A stretch of 63,187 nt of DNA, counting the filler, from Lenisia limosa (Eukaryota; Protista; Breviatea): assembly GCA_001655205.1 (NCBI GenBank). It is 8 parts of 8 records of this genome, joined end to end, with 100 filler letters (N's around TTAATTAATTAA, not from the genome) between each part and the next. Parts side by side here need not be neighbours in the genome. Positions count along the whole stretch, not along the records: positions 1 to 11,456 come from LPNZ01009024.1; positions 11,557 to 24,665 come from LPNZ01001868.1; 6 more parts are not named here. One strand, written 5' to 3'. Of this stretch, positions 1 through 13,446 are shown one piece after another. The position numbers and the translations under genes were made by a program. The notes under the pieces were generated by a model. That model saw nothing but the letters and a program-made list of their open reading frames with translations. It was not told the origin of the DNA and did not search any database. The stretch's first letter is position 1, and each line of letters starts with the position of its first letter.

Positions 1-3000
1 ATAAGGACAGGAGGCGGGGTGGCCAATCAGGAGAGGAGAGGTGGTGGAAAGAATGACGGACAGTTCAACGGCGACTGATCCGCTTTTTGGGAGTTATCCA
101 CTATATTGCTGTGTATTTGAATACCCCCCGAGATTGTATTTTATGATTCTCAAAAAACTAATCCATGAACATCATCAGAACCCCCCCCCCCCNNNNNNNN
201 NNNNNNNNNNNNNNNNNNNNNNNNNNNNNNNNNNNNNNNNNNNNNNNNNNNNNNNNNNNNNNNNNNNNNNNNNNNNNNNNNNNNNNNNNNNNNNNNNNNN
301 NNNNNNNNNNNNNNNNNNNNNNNNNNNNNNNNNNNNNNNNNNNNNNNNNNNNNNNNNNNNNNNNNNNNNNNNNNNTAAGCTAGCACATACAATTGTTCAA
401 AAGCCACCCCTCCCCCCACACCAGTCATATCTTGAGTTGTAGCAGCGGCAGAGGCGGCAGCAATTGTATCAGGAACTATAAGTGTTGGAGGAGTCTAGAG
501 TGAGCGTATGATGGACCAGTGGGGGGGGGGTGGAAGTAAGAACCGTAGTGTAGCAAACGATATGATACTGAAATTATTGCAAGGAGTGAAGGGGTCAATA
601 TAATCTTCAAGTGCTTCACTTTCAGTTTCAAAAGACGTAAAATGATACTTCCCAAGAATTTTGACAAAATGGTCTGAAAGTGAATGCCTGATTAGACAAT
701 TGGAACTTTCGAAGGAAAACCAGGGCTTTTCTACAGTCCGTGTAAATATCAATATTTATCAAGAAATTTGATCCTCTGATTACTGAAAATGTCTAGTTCA
801 AATAACATCTCCAATCAATGAAAGTTCTATCATTTGAANNNNNNNNNNNNNNNNNNNNNNNNNNNNNNNNNNNNNNNNNNNNNNNNNNNNCCCCATCAAA
901 CATCAAAAATTAGTTTCAATAGAGTGAAACATTGTGTCATCATGTATTTTTTTAATTGACAGTTGAAAAAGGCAATCTCAGATTTTTATTCAGAAAATCG
1001 GTAAGGGTTTTCCAGTCAGCGTATCTTTAAAGACCTGTTGTTTTTTATTTTAGATCTACGTCACTAAATACCTGCTGTTGGGTTTTCATTACGGACATCT
1101 CTCCCTGCAGTGTAGCAACCGCGTTCTAAAAGCGTAAATACAGTGAATAGTACTTATGTTGAGGGAAGTGAGTAAACATTTTTTATCCCATTCACAAATA
1201 CATATAAGAAATGAAGTTTAATCATCGAGATTTCGTTTTCTTTATCCACCTCCACCCTCCTTTGGCTCTTCGTTTGAGACCCCCCCACCGCATAAGTCTG
1301 GACTTGAGTGGCCAGGTCAGAGTTCTGGCTTTGTAGCTGAAGAAGGGATCGTCGTAACCCCGTGTTCTCATTTAGGGCATCATCCTGGGAAAGGAGAGGG
1401 AATAAAGGTAGAAGAGGGATTTTATTAACTACTGATCTATTCTATCTCAGAACCCCTCCCCCACCACCACTAACACCCCACCCACCAATCTCGCCTGATT
1501 GGCCTCGATACTCGATTTGGCTGATTGCATGCGTGCGACTTGGGCCTTGAGGTGCAGGGCTTGGCTTTCAGGACTGAGGCTGGATTCCTAGGGGGGGGGG
1601 GGTAAAATTGGAGAATTTACAAAACAAAACAAGCCAAAATCAACTCTGTTGGCTGACAACACACGAGGGTTGATAACAACAAAACAAACAAGTNNNNNNN
1701 NNNNNNNNNNNNNNNNNNNNNNNNNNNNNNNNNNNNNNNNNNNNNNNNNNNNNNNNNNNNNNNNNNNNNNNNNNNNNNNNNNNNNNNNTACATGTAAGTA
1801 CCACCACCCTACAACTAAAGCTTTGGTCCCCCTCACCGAAACCAGGTCTTCCCACGGTGGCATGGCCTGGGTGGTCAGAAAAGACCAGCAGGGGGGAGGG
1901 TAGAATAGGAAAATTTATGAAATAAAAAATCCCAAAATTAACTCTATTGGCTAGGAGGGGCAGATCCCAAATTATGGGAGTGTAAAGACATTGGGCAGAT
2001 TGAAGTCATGGGAAACTTGTTTCCTCATTTACTACTTGAAAACAAGCTAGTGTCAGATATTAAGCCATATCCAATATAATCACAGAATCAGGATAATACG
2101 AGTTATAATTGAAATTTGTCTCGATTGCATTCGAAAATAAACATGTACTATAGTAGTATTATCTTATCATGCCGTACTTGGGTAGAGCATAACGACTGAG
2201 CAAAATTACTTGCCATTGAAACGTCACCGGTATTTGGCAGTGTGGGGACCTGGTTTGTGAGATATCGGATGGATACTATTGATTTTTTGTCTCACAAGTG
2301 TACTGGATATGCCTTGTAACTAGGGTTTCACTTCGGTTCAAAAATAGAATGAATTTCTCAATAAATCCTTGGTAAATACCGATATTTTATCGGTCTTTTT
2401 CGGACCAGAATCCGTGCAACCCTATGTATTGTAGTTTCAAAACCTGCAGCAATCACCCACCTTATGACTAGACATCTGAAGGGAATCTCTCAGGTCGTCA
2501 CGCAGCAGTGTGTTTTCCTCTTGTAAGTCTGTGACTACATAGTGAGATACAATCGTGTGAAAATGACCCAAATGAGGAAACAAGAATAAAGGAAGGCAGT
2601 AAAAAAAAAATACAACGAAAACCATCTTAAAAATCCAAAAGAACATAGGGTAGGGTCTTCACACACCTTGAATGCTGAGTTTCTGAACTTGTTCCGACAT
2701 TTCTCGCGTGACCTGACTTTCAGCAAAGGACTTTTCGCGCTCACTTCTAAGTTCAATTAATCCAAAAGCAGGCTACTGAATCCAATTATCACGTCGAAGT
2801 GAAGGATTTTTCGATAAATTTGTGAACAGAGTTTAGCAATTTTTGACCGTGGTATGAGTTGATCACAATTCTTAGAAAATCCCTTTTACCATGTATTGCA
2901 GAAAAAGAGTAATATAAAATAAAATGTTTCAATTACCACCATTTGACAAAATCCATCGTACATTCCCTGTTACTTGGGCGTAGCGTCATCGTAAATCCCT

Positions 3001-4636
3001 ATTTAAGCCCCAAATACCTGGGCGTAGACGTCATAGTCACGTTGGCAAGCTCCTGAGTTACTGCAGCCACCCTCTGCGACTGTTTGGGTATGTCAGGAAT
3101 GAAATTTAATATTTGCGGATGTTGGAAATGATGTTTCAATTTTGGAACAAATAGGCTTCACTTCGTTCGAAAAAGACTGAATTTCTCGATAAATCCTCGA
3201 AAACTATCGATAATTTTTCCGGAAGTGAAGCCCTAGGAACAAATAATAGATATGGGGGAAAGATTCAGTATTTTTACACAGAGTGGATCGGGGTGAATTG
3301 TGATTGCACTGTAATAGAATATTCATATGGATTGCACTTTTCATATGGTTGATACGATATGTAGTTTGGGGATTTTCACACCAAAACAAGTTGCACCCCC
3401 CACAGATTTATCCGCTTCCAGATTGGCTTCGGCTATCTGCTGGTTTCGAGATTCAATTATTCCTGTCAGTCTAAAGAATGTGATGTTTTTAAAGGTTTAA
3501 CCTGAAGGTATCTGAGTATCATTGAGACTTATCGGTCAATTATCACACGAGTGGATACTGAGTGGAAAATGCTACATTCATAGAGATGAGAATTAAAACA
3601 GGGTTATATCGGGCCGAAGCTGTTCACACTTGTAGAATTTACCAAAAAAAAAAAAAAAAAAANNNNNNNNNNNNNNNNNNNNNNNNNNNNNNNNNNNNNN
3701 NNNNNNNNNNNNNNNNNNNNNNNNNNNNNNNNNNNNNNNNNNNNNNNNNNNNNNNNNNNNNNNNNNNNNNNNNNNNNNNNNNNNNNNNNNNNNNNNNNNN
3801 NNNNNNNNNNNNNNNNNNNNNNNNNNNNNNNNNNNNNNNNNNGCAATGAGACGGAATGTGTGTTAGCAGTACAATCTATGATAAAAAGGAATCATGATGT
3901 ATGTATGATAGATGGTTTGTACATGGTTAACTTTTCTTGAAAAAAAATAGCATCAACTTGAAATGTAGAAACTGTTTTGAAAATCGATTCCAAGGACTAC
4001 TTCTAACGATAAGAAAACAGTTATGGCTTTGCAATTCAATTTTTGTCCAACAATACTTCATAAATTGATACGAACAACTTCAAATATAAGTATTAAAGGT
4101 TTAAGAGAATATTATATCGATTTTTACAAATATTTTTCAGCACAGAGCGAAGCCCATCCCTTTCCCCATTAAACATCTTAAAAACGGTTAGAAAGACTCT
4201 CAGGCCTTGGTCTCTGTGATCTTTGATTTTGTGACCATGTGACAATTTAATTGGCTTCTATATGATTGAATTTGGTGTTTGTTATTAGTATGGTTGTTCC
4301 TCCATCTGAGTGTTTAAGACAATTAAGCAGGGTTGACATTCTGTTCAACTGCACTAACCGTTATGAAGATATATGATCAAGCGCAAACCACACCCACTTC
4401 AGTAGACTTCAACTTTGCAGTAGCGGCAGTGAGCCCCATTGTTGCGTCGTCTAAAAGGTCTTCCAGCCGGCTGATCTCCTCGTCCTTGGCGAGAAGGAGA
4501 CCGAGAACATGATGATCACGACCATCATCTTCCCCATGAAGGCCGTTGGGCTCTGTTGTGGCTGTGGTATGAATGAAATGCCATTAAAATAAGTATGTTG
4601 GGAGGTTAGAAGAAGCGAGAAGAGCTTACCTTGCAT
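1..4636 (-). CDS. Multi-exon coiled-coil protein, 3' end outside the window
   Basis: ATG at 4636 (ATG CAA G|GTAAG). Phase-consistent GT-AG exons include HVLGLLLAKDEEISRLEDLLDDA, IELRSEREKSFAESQVTREMSEQVQKL, LQEENTLLRDDLRDSLQ, AMPPWEDLVS (1866-1837), ESSLSPESQALHLKAQVARMQ (from 1587) and DDALNENTGLRRSLLQLQSQNSDL. Heptad-like composition; no family recognised. Confidence 0.75.
1588..1693 (-). mobile_element. Element B, sense copy ending at the 3' splice site
   Basis: Minus strand ...TTATCAACCCTCGTGTGTTGTCAGCCAACAGAGTTGATTTTGG...AATTTTACCCCCCCCCCCCTAG|exon at 1587. Confidence 0.75.
2321..2424. mobile_element. Family A MITE copy
   Basis: TA|GGGTTTCAC...GTGCAACCC|TA with the shared core TTTCTCaATAAATCC...ATCGAT. 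Confidence 0.7.
3152..3235. mobile_element. Family A MITE copy
   Basis: TA|GGCTTCACTTC...GAAGTGAAGCCC|TA terminal inverted repeat. Confidence 0.8.
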
Positions 4637-4954
4637 TTATCTAACTCTACAAAACCGACTTCTTGTGATTTAAAATGTGTGTCATAGTTCTTCTTAAGTG
4701 CTTAGATATTTTATTTCAATGTAATTACTTATGATCTAATCTAAAATAAATCTAACAATAAATAACTAATCTATACTGTGAATTTGGGAGTGCATTTCAC
4801 CAAATTTTAACTTGCATGGCGTTTTTGACCTTAGCATAAGTGTAAAAGTAATGATATTGTCAAATGATTGAATAGTTTAGTAGCTTTCTAATATATATAG
4901 TGATTTTTGAGAAGAAGTGCAGAGAGGTGCACTGTACAATGGACGAGGGCTGAA

Positions 4955-7900
4955 ATGCCAGATGAGCCTAGTACCCACCTCCTTAGGGCTTCCATTGCTT
5001 TACTAAGAAGAGAGTGGCAATCCGGCCTTCCAATGTTTGGTTTTGTGAAAGCCCGTTTGTTTTTCCTCACCCCTTCAGCCCCTTTGTGTCGCTTGTTTTG
5101 CTTCTATCAACGCTATCGCACGTTGGACAGTTCTTTCTCAGCGAAAACGTTTGTTTCTATTTTCCCCCTGCTCCTTAACTCTCGCAGTTGTCTTCAGGAT
5201 GGTGTTTAGGGTGGGCAACAGCCTTCCTTGGATGTACCTATTTCATCAAGCGGCATAACAGTCTGTGGGACGTGAATAGAATGGAATATTGTTTATTGGG
5301 AAGGCTGATCTCCCTCCGATGTTTTTTATTGGCTTAACCGGGCCCATCTGTAGTTGTCGACACAATTCCAATTGATGGTAGAGTGTGGGGGGGACACATG
5401 GAAAGCAGCTTCCATGGAGATTAAGCAATTTTCAGGATCATTTCCTTTTTTATCATAATAGAGGATGATCACCCCCCCCCCCCCCCNNNNNNNNNNNNNN
5501 NNNNNNNNNNNNNNNNNNNNNNNNNNNNNNNNNNNNNNNNNNNNNNNNNNNNNNNNNNNNNNNNNNNNNNNNNNGCTTTTCCTGAGAAAACTACATTGGA
5601 AAGATTATTTATATCACCTTGCGTTTCTCACCTATCTAAGGCACTAGCTTTCTTTTTCTCCCTCCTTAGAAGATGCCCTCCCTTATTGTTGCTGATCTTG
5701 AAGATCTGTTGACATTCCCAACATGAGAGCAAAAATACATTATTACAATATATAAATAGAATTTAGTGATACAAAAACAAACATGACACAGTAAAACTAT
5801 TCTTAGTGATACAGAAACAAACATGATACAGTAAAACTATTCGATATTGTGGAGATAGGTTCAGACTAATTCAACCTGCATTCCCTCCATCTCAATACCT
5901 TTGCGCAACTCTTCTTTGAAGCAATCATCTTTTCACCTTATGTTGTTAGGAATTATTGGTTTTGAATTTCGATGAGATGATATGAATGAATCCCTATTTT
6001 TATGGTTGATATTTTACGTGTACAATTCTGTGACACTCTAGCCCAACGACACACTTGGGCCGAGTTTCAGGATCATCCCCTCCCCACTTTTCTACTTAAG
6101 TATGTTGGGGTGCCCCTGAGAAGTATTTCAAACGGAAAAGTTGCCCGGGATGCTATTCATTTTTGCGCACCATATTGAACGTTATTCACGCCACTTTTGT
6201 CTCTTTCTCAACTTCTTTCTCAATTTTGATTGAAGAGTCATATCAATAGAATAAGAAACTGTTTTTGGAAACCTGAAAATTTATTGGATACTGAATATAT
6301 TGGTTACACTTACCACTATTCGTGTAAGTACATTGAGATGTCTTCTGGTCATTGTATAGTATAATAATATACTATTATCATTACCAACTCTTTTTGATGA
6401 AATGTCTTTGCTCCTTAAATGATATGCTATTTACTTCTCAATAATTTTTTGAGAGCCTCTAAAGTCCGCGGTAGTGATATTTGCCCTGACAGTTCAGATA
6501 CCTTCCCTCCCTTGGCCAATACGTTATCACTGGGACTAACAAGGCTGCAAGTTCGTTCTGTGGTGGGTGGGGGGAGGGAGCAGAAGAAATTCGTTTTTGC
6601 GGTGGTATTTTAACCAAATTCTGCTAAAATGACAGCATTTCGGAGGTGATTCCTCAAGATTCAGGAAATAATTGCACTCGAGTATCTTAATTATTCAAAG
6701 CATGAAATAACCAGGGAAATCTCTGTTTTAGAATTGTATTTTGAGTTGCTGGACCCTCTTTTCTAAAACAGAGATTTGTATGGTTTTTTCATGCTTTTGA
6801 GCCAAATAATTTAAATAGTAGTCAATTCACGTATTTTATTCACTTGCATCATAAGTAATGTTTGTAGATATATGTCATGTAAATCCGATACTTGAAATAA
6901 AATAAGTTGTTTTTTTGTCGACGGTCCAAATATCCCATAATAACCTGAAGGACTTGCTAACTCATGAGCAGGCTGATCAGCAGAAAAAGAATACAATCGT
7001 CATGCATGATATCCATCGCGTTTTTTTTTATACCTGCTAAAATTTAGTATTCTCAGAGAATGTACCCACCCAATCTTCCCCTTAAGTACCATCAGTGGTC
7101 CCCTCCCCCTGAACCTATTAATTGCCCTTTTGAGAACCAGAAATGTCTTACATATGTAGAGGTACAATAAACCAAAATTACATATGATATGTATTGTATG
7201 TCCTCTAAAATATCATCCCCCCCTGAACAGCATTTATTCCTGGTAGAATGTACCGGCAGCCATACGGTGAATACCATTGAAGACTGCTTTCCACTAGCCC
7301 TTGAATCAGGCCTTATTGATGTTGGGGGGGCGGGGGGTAGTAATGAGGGAGAAGTAAATATAGCAATAGACATTTACCACCCAGGGATTGGACAATGCTC
7401 GACGAACGTCAGAAGTTCAGCAGAAGGACCTGGGGCCACAGTTTGCATCTGAGAACAATAACATCAAATCTGGTTTGTTCGATAAATCATTGATAAATAT
7501 CGATAGATCCTTGATAATATTATAACGATGGTGTACGTTTTTGCTTCTTGTTTAGTACATCAGTATCATAGTATCTTTTATTATTATTATTATACTATTA
7601 TTCTGATCATGTAGACTTGGACCATTGCTTCCATTTGGTGTGCCTCATTATTCCTCTCGATTCTGGTAGGGTGGGGGGCTTAACCTATGTTCCATAGTAA
7701 TCCTCGATAATATGATATTATGTTTGGAACATGGGGTAACATGCTTACGGATATCATATTATCATGTGAATGGCCACTCATTCTCAAGAAGAACTCGTTG
7801 TGAGTTTGAACCACGACTCTACCACTACACGCCTACCAAGTAATATATCTGATGGTAAGCATCCCGATATAATTTTTGTTTTGGTGTCATTTCACTCAGG

Positions 7901-10900
7901 GTAACTCCCCTCCCATTCTGTGTGTTGGTCCGTTTTAAAATTCCCTTTACTCCACCTCTTTCTGATTATATTGTCTTTTTCATTCCCCCCATCCCCATGT
8001 TTCTTTTTTCTCTATTTTCCCTTTCTTATCTTCCCTCCCTCTCCCCCTTTGTCGGGCATAAAGCCAACAAAGTTGCGNNNNNNNNNNNNNNNNNNNNNNN
8101 NNNNNNNNNNNNNNNNNNNNNNNNNNNNNNNNNNNNNNNNNNNNNNNNNNNNNNNNNNNNNNNNNNNNNNNNNNNNNNNNNNNNNNNNNNNNNNNNNNNN
8201 NNNNNNACCATAGCCACTGCCAACGCCGCCGCAGAGAGAATGTTCCAGTGCGACTTAGATGTCCTTTTGGGCCTCCCAGTGGCGCGGTTGAGCCTTGAGC
8301 CTGGTGGGGGGGGTATTGTTGATAGTGATAATGATGGTAATTATGATGACGATGATGGTAATGATGATGATGATGATAATGATGATGATGATGATGATGG
8401 TAATGATGATGATGGAGATGATGATGATGGAGATGATGATGATGGAGATGATGATGATTGAGATGATGATGATGGAGATGATGATGATGACGATGATGAT
8501 GATGACGATGATGATGATGGATGATGATGATGGAGATGATGATGATGGAGATGATGACGATGATGATGATGATGGTAATGATGAGGTAATGATGATGATG
8601 ATGATGATGGAGATGATGATGATGACGATGATGGAGATGATGATGATGACGATGATGGTGATGATGGTGCATAATGTGATGACGTGCTCTGCAATGCTGA
8701 CCTTACCACCACAGACACGATTATGACGTGCTTTGACGATCTGAAGCAGTTCTTCCACATATGTAACGACGACGCTAAAAGCCTATTCGAAACCGTGGCT
8801 GTCCGTAATGTGGGGGGGTCTATCATTCTTATGATTGTACATACTTTTAGTAGTAAATGTAGCTTCACTTCGATCCGATAAAAGACACAATTTTCGGAGT
8901 ATTTTCGAAACTTAGCTACTGAACTTTTGCGGACCGCGGTGAACACGTATTTCGCAATGATGACGTCGACCATTTGCTCCTTATTATTCCTCTTCTCCTT
9001 TTTCCTCACGCAAGATAGAATGTGAACTACATTTCGAGTAACTATGCATAAGGATTAACGGTCTAGGATGGAGTGCAGTTTCCTGTCGAAGTCTCAGCCT
9101 CAGCTCTCAACATCTCTAAAAACATGGTTGTTGTCATTTTGAGGTTGGTACGGATTATTATTGGAGCTTCACGTTGGTCAAAGAAAGATGCTTTTTCGAA
9201 CTGAGGAGGAGGATTGTGAATGGAAAGGGGGTTTGGCGTTCCGAGTGTTTGCTAGAGGATGCACTACACAGAGAATTGTTTATTATCACAAAGGCTTAGT
9301 CTTTTTTTTAGGAGCTGCGGGCAAGCCCTTTTTATCATAATCATCCATGTCCCTTCTTACAGTTTCTCATTCTCTCTCCATTACCTCCCCCCCTTAGGGA
9401 TTTGACGATGGCGAAAGAGGCCGAAATGAATGTTCGAAGGGCGCATCACGAAACCGAAGCCGCCGCCAAGGTGGGGGGGGGGTNNNNNNNNNNNNNNNNN
9501 NNNNNNNNNNNNNNNNNNNNNNNNNNNNNNNNNNNNNNNNNNNNNNNNNNNNNNNNNNNNNNNACAAAGAAAGCTCAAAATCAACTCTGGTGGCTGGGGG
9601 GTAAGGTGATTGATTATTCATGTAAAATGACTATTCAAATAAAACATGCAAAAGTGATTATTGACACCCGCCCCCCTTTGCACACACAGACAAGAGCATT
9701 GTTTCTCTCCACCCTCAGCCATGAACTGGTCACTCCGCTCAATGGCGTTACCACCATGTCAGGCCTCCTGCAGGTGGGGGGCTAGATAGATGCGTAATTA
9801 TATAGGATGTATATGCATATAGTGGAGTATAGGCTCATCTCTGTATTTTGCCCCCCCCCCCCAGAGTTTATTTTGGGTTTTTACTATTTTGCTTCAAATT
9901 CATTTTCTACTTTTATATTTTCTTTCCCAGGAAACCGAATTAGATGACCAGCAAAGGGACTGTCTGGACATTATTGATGCGTGAGGGGGGGTATTTTAAT
10001 TATTATGAGAAATATTGAGAGAAAGCTATTGTTGTAACAAGAATTATGGTTTAACATTACCTCAACCCCCTTCCCGCGCTCACCCATCAAGATCCTCGCG
10101 GGTTCTGCTGAACTTAGTGCATAACGTATTATCCCTTACTCGAGCCCATCGCCACTCCCTCAACCTCTCTCTCCAGGTGGGAGGGACGCAAAAGGAATTA
10201 ATGACACATTTGTCTTTCGTTAATCAAGATTCTAAGTCTTTCTTTTGGGTTGTAATATATTAATATAAATCGACATAATGTTGACTGGAAGTAGAAATGT
10301 TTCGTTCTTTGATACAGTGGCCGTGATCTTTTCTTCTGCAAGGAAATATGACTTTATCAAAGACTATATACTACATGGATACTTACCATATTAGGAAGTT
10401 GACACGGTTTCCACCTTTGAACAGATTGCCAGTTTACTGACATCATTGGTGTGTGGGGGATATGGCCAGTTGATGTGCTATGAGGTAGGTGAAATGAACA
10501 ATGCTGTGACAATAGGACTGATCTTCCACAGCATTAACCAACTAAGTTGTTATGGGTTGATAAATTGTCCATTTTTATTTTTGTTTGGAGTTTCAGATTA
10601 TGAGATTCTACCTTCACGCCAATATTCTTCATCGAAATTTCTTCGTTTTACCCCCCCCCCCNNNNNNNNNNNNNNNNNNNNNNNNNNNNNNNNNNNNNNN
10701 NNNNNNNNNNNNNNNNNNNNNNNNNNNNNNNNNNNNNNNNNTGTCCCGTCACATGTCCTCTCAGACCCTGCACGATTGAGGTGAGGGTGAAATAAATGAG
10801 AAGAATGAGGGGAGTGAGGGAACTTAAGATTGTTGTATTCCCCTCCAATACTATCATCATCACCATCCCAACATCACAGCACCATCCTCACCAACCTCGG

Positions 10901-11406
10901 TACCAACGCTGTGAAATTCACCCCGTCTGGCCACGTCCTTATCAAAGTCTCCTGGTAAGATAGCTGGTGCTTGATCGCTATCAAAAGTGTTAAATTTCTC
11001 AAATCGATTATTTTGAGTCGAACATTTGAAAGGGAGCTTCCCAACAGTCACAATAACCGCCTAATATTTTGGAGAAATAAGTTCGCACAAGAACTTACCT
11101 ACTCATCCAAAAACTGTTCGATGTTTATCGAGGATTCAACAAGGATTTATCAAGGATTTTCGAGGATTTATCAAGGATACACATTAATTATATATTTAAC
11201 CTCTCACCCCAGGAGGGCCTCTTCGCAATATTCCGATTTTGCTGGGGGCTCGGAAGAGACAATGACTCGGAACCGCCCTGTAGATCTCAGCCGATCATTC
11301 AGTCGGTCCGGAAGGAACCTTCTCGGCAACATGGTGGGCTCTAGTGAAAGCTCCGATCTTCTCAGCAGTGAAACGTCCTCTTCAGATTCGAGTTCCAGTT
11401 CAAATG
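4955..11406 (+). CDS. Membrane PAS-domain sensor histidine kinase (TM-sensor-TM-PAS/PAC-HisKA-HATPase_c), cut off by a contig join
   Basis: PAS: TANAAAERMFQCDLDVLLGLPV (~8210-8303). PAC: ETVAVRN|DGVQFPVEVS...VILR|DLTMAKEAE. H-box: FLSTLSHELVTPLNG (~9700-9750), then ETELDDQQRDCLDIID and SSRVLLNLVHNVL. N-box: SDPARL|..ILTNLGTNAVKFT (~10745-10920). Hydrophobic exons at ~5080-5150 and ~7610-7665. The start codon and N-terminal exons are tentative; G-boxes and any receiver domain are not visible. Confidence 0.85.
8325..8670. repeat. (GAT)n/(GATGGA) degenerate microsatellite in the intron that splits the PAS domain
   Basis: Lies between donor GT at 8304 and acceptor AG at 8713-8714. It explains the spurious poly-His, poly-Asp, poly-Met and poly-Ser ORFs. 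Confidence 0.95.
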
Positions 11407-11456
11407 GTTGGGGGTGGAGGCGTTATTATTTTATTGGATTGTTTGTTTTTTGTTGA

Positions 11457-11556
11457 NNNNNNNNNNNNNNNNNNNNNNNNNNNNNNNNNNNNNNNNNNNN
11501 TTAATTAATTAANNNNNNNNNNNNNNNNNNNNNNNNNNNNNNNNNNNNNNNNNNNN
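11457..11556. other. Artificial 100-bp contig spacer (44N-TTAATTAATTAA-44N)
   Basis: Identical spacers at 24666-24765, 32670-32769, 39517-39616, 41461-41560, 51778-51877 and 56862-56961. The 12-mer gives stop codons in all six frames. Confidence 0.95.
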
Positions 11557-11893
11557 ACGCTCTCACTCTCCATTAGGAAGAGGAGAGCAGGGTAGGTGGG
11601 TGTGTCAATTAATGCTGCACTTCGGTGACATAAATTGACTGAATTCTCTATATATCCTCGATAATCGATGTTTACTGGTAGCATGGGGAAGCCCTACCAT
11701 AATGCTTAAAGAGTGCAACATGAAAATAAGCCGAATATTCCTATATTTTTCTTGAATCCCCAGGTTTTTCCATGCATTCCTCTTGTCCTATGTTAATTTA
11801 ATTGGTGTACAATTGTTGTACAGTTTGACCGCTGGTTTTTTTGAACATAGTTATAATAGAGACTTTAGTGCAAAAAATATCTCCAACTCACCA

Positions 11894-12405
11894 ACGCAAC
11901 ATCTTGCGCGGCTTGGCGCATAGCTGGCGCCAATATCTAGAAGGTCAATAAGGCTTTGATTAGACCTTCACTCCCGGGTCTTGACTGAATTCTTGACAAC
12001 CCAACTATTGAAAAATTCAAGAATAATATTTTTGAACGTTAAAATGAAACATCTTTTATACAGATACTACGATAAACACTGTGAATCCATGACGCAAAAA
12101 AAACCCACCAATCGCACATAATACACGCCCCATACACACATTTAATCCCACCCTCCCTCTTACCTCCAAGATTTACGCCACACATACACCCTCTTCACTT
12201 CGCTTCGAAAAAAGACTGAATTTTTCGATAATCCTCGAAAACTATCGATATTTTACTGGTTTTTTTCGAAGCGAAGTGAAGTTCCTCAAACACACCATCC
12301 TCCTCAAAGACCCTCCCCCACTCTGCGTTTGGATCGCAGCCGCTCCGCATGCGATGATGCCTCTTTCCTCAAGTTCTCCTCTCGCCCTGCCATGTCAGAT
12401 TTCAT
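11894..12405 (-). CDS. 5' exons of a hypothetical protein, cut off by a contig join
   Basis: MKSDMAGREENLRKEASSHAERLRSKRR|GTGGGGAGGG donor, then phase-0 exon ILAPAMRQAAQDVAL|GTGAG. The intron carries a family A MITE. Confidence 0.45.
12193..12281. mobile_element. Family A MITE copy
   Basis: Perfect inverted repeat CTTCACTTCGCTTCGAAAAAA...TTTTTTCGAAGCGAAGTGAAG. Confidence 0.8.
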
Positions 12406-13446
12406 TCAAACGGTCATTAAAATCCCAATTGGTTACACGATGCACAAGGGATACCCACCAAAAAAAAGATATAACTGAAAGATGTATATGAGGTTTTAAA
12501 ATCTTCCTTTTTCAGCATTGTATTGTGACAACAATACCATGATTGATACACGATACACAATCTTCTTCAATATAAGTGCATTTCTTAAATATAACATGAT
12601 ATACTAATCATAGGATTCCGCTACAGTCAATTTATCGAGAATTCTTCGAGAATATATCGAAACCCAGCGAGTCAAAGTTAAGTCATCATCTCTTTTTTAA
12701 AACAAGAGAAATAAAATACATTAGAAATCTAGGGAAATAAATATATACATATGTCGGGATACCTCATTTCTAAATAATATATATATATAGTATATCAATA
12801 TATATATATATCATATATATATACATGTACATATATATCATAAAATACTCTCGTGAAGGGTTTCTGTGTCACTAGTTGAACTAATATTCCCCAAGATTCA
12901 TTATAAATAGTATTAGGGTAAGCATTTGAGAAAAAAAAAATTCAAAGCGTGACGTGAGAAATAGTGTTAACAGAACTCCCTGCCCAACACTTTAATTTCA
13001 AACTGTTTAATTCCCTCAAATAATGACTGCACAATGCCCTCTCAGAAAAACCCCTGACCAGCTTGGCTTTCTGTTTTGTCTAGCTGTGTCAATAGCCTTC
13101 GTTTAGATCTGTGATCATTAGACAAACTGGAAGGGGGTGGGGGGTTAATTATACCTAATAAGAAACAAAAGTCTTCAATTTCCCCTACCCCTAACATACA
13201 ATATGTTTTGAAATAGCTGAATGGAAATTTGGTTATTGATTGACTTTAAAATCCCTGTGTTTATCGTGTATTGAAGTATTGATATGATACCTGTGAATGC
13301 TAAACTGTAGTACCAAATTCCGCACTGACAAACACGTTATATGAATAAAAACCGTAACATGCACAATACAATAATTATCAATTCTCCGATTCCCTTATGG
13401 GATCCTCATTGAGATCTTAACATCCACTCAGTCCAACCTCTTGAGG

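Noticed and set aside
7922-9009. Poly-His, poly-Asp, poly-Met and poly-Ser ORFs in several frames
   Set aside because: All come from the intronic (GAT)n repeat; the flanking plus-strand exons join into a coherent PAS domain.
5700-9330. Minus-strand exon readings extending gene 1 upstream
   Set aside because: Plus-strand readings give PAS/PAC motifs and G-tract donors, and gene 1 has its own ATG at 4636. G/C tract symmetry makes the wrong strand look spliceable.
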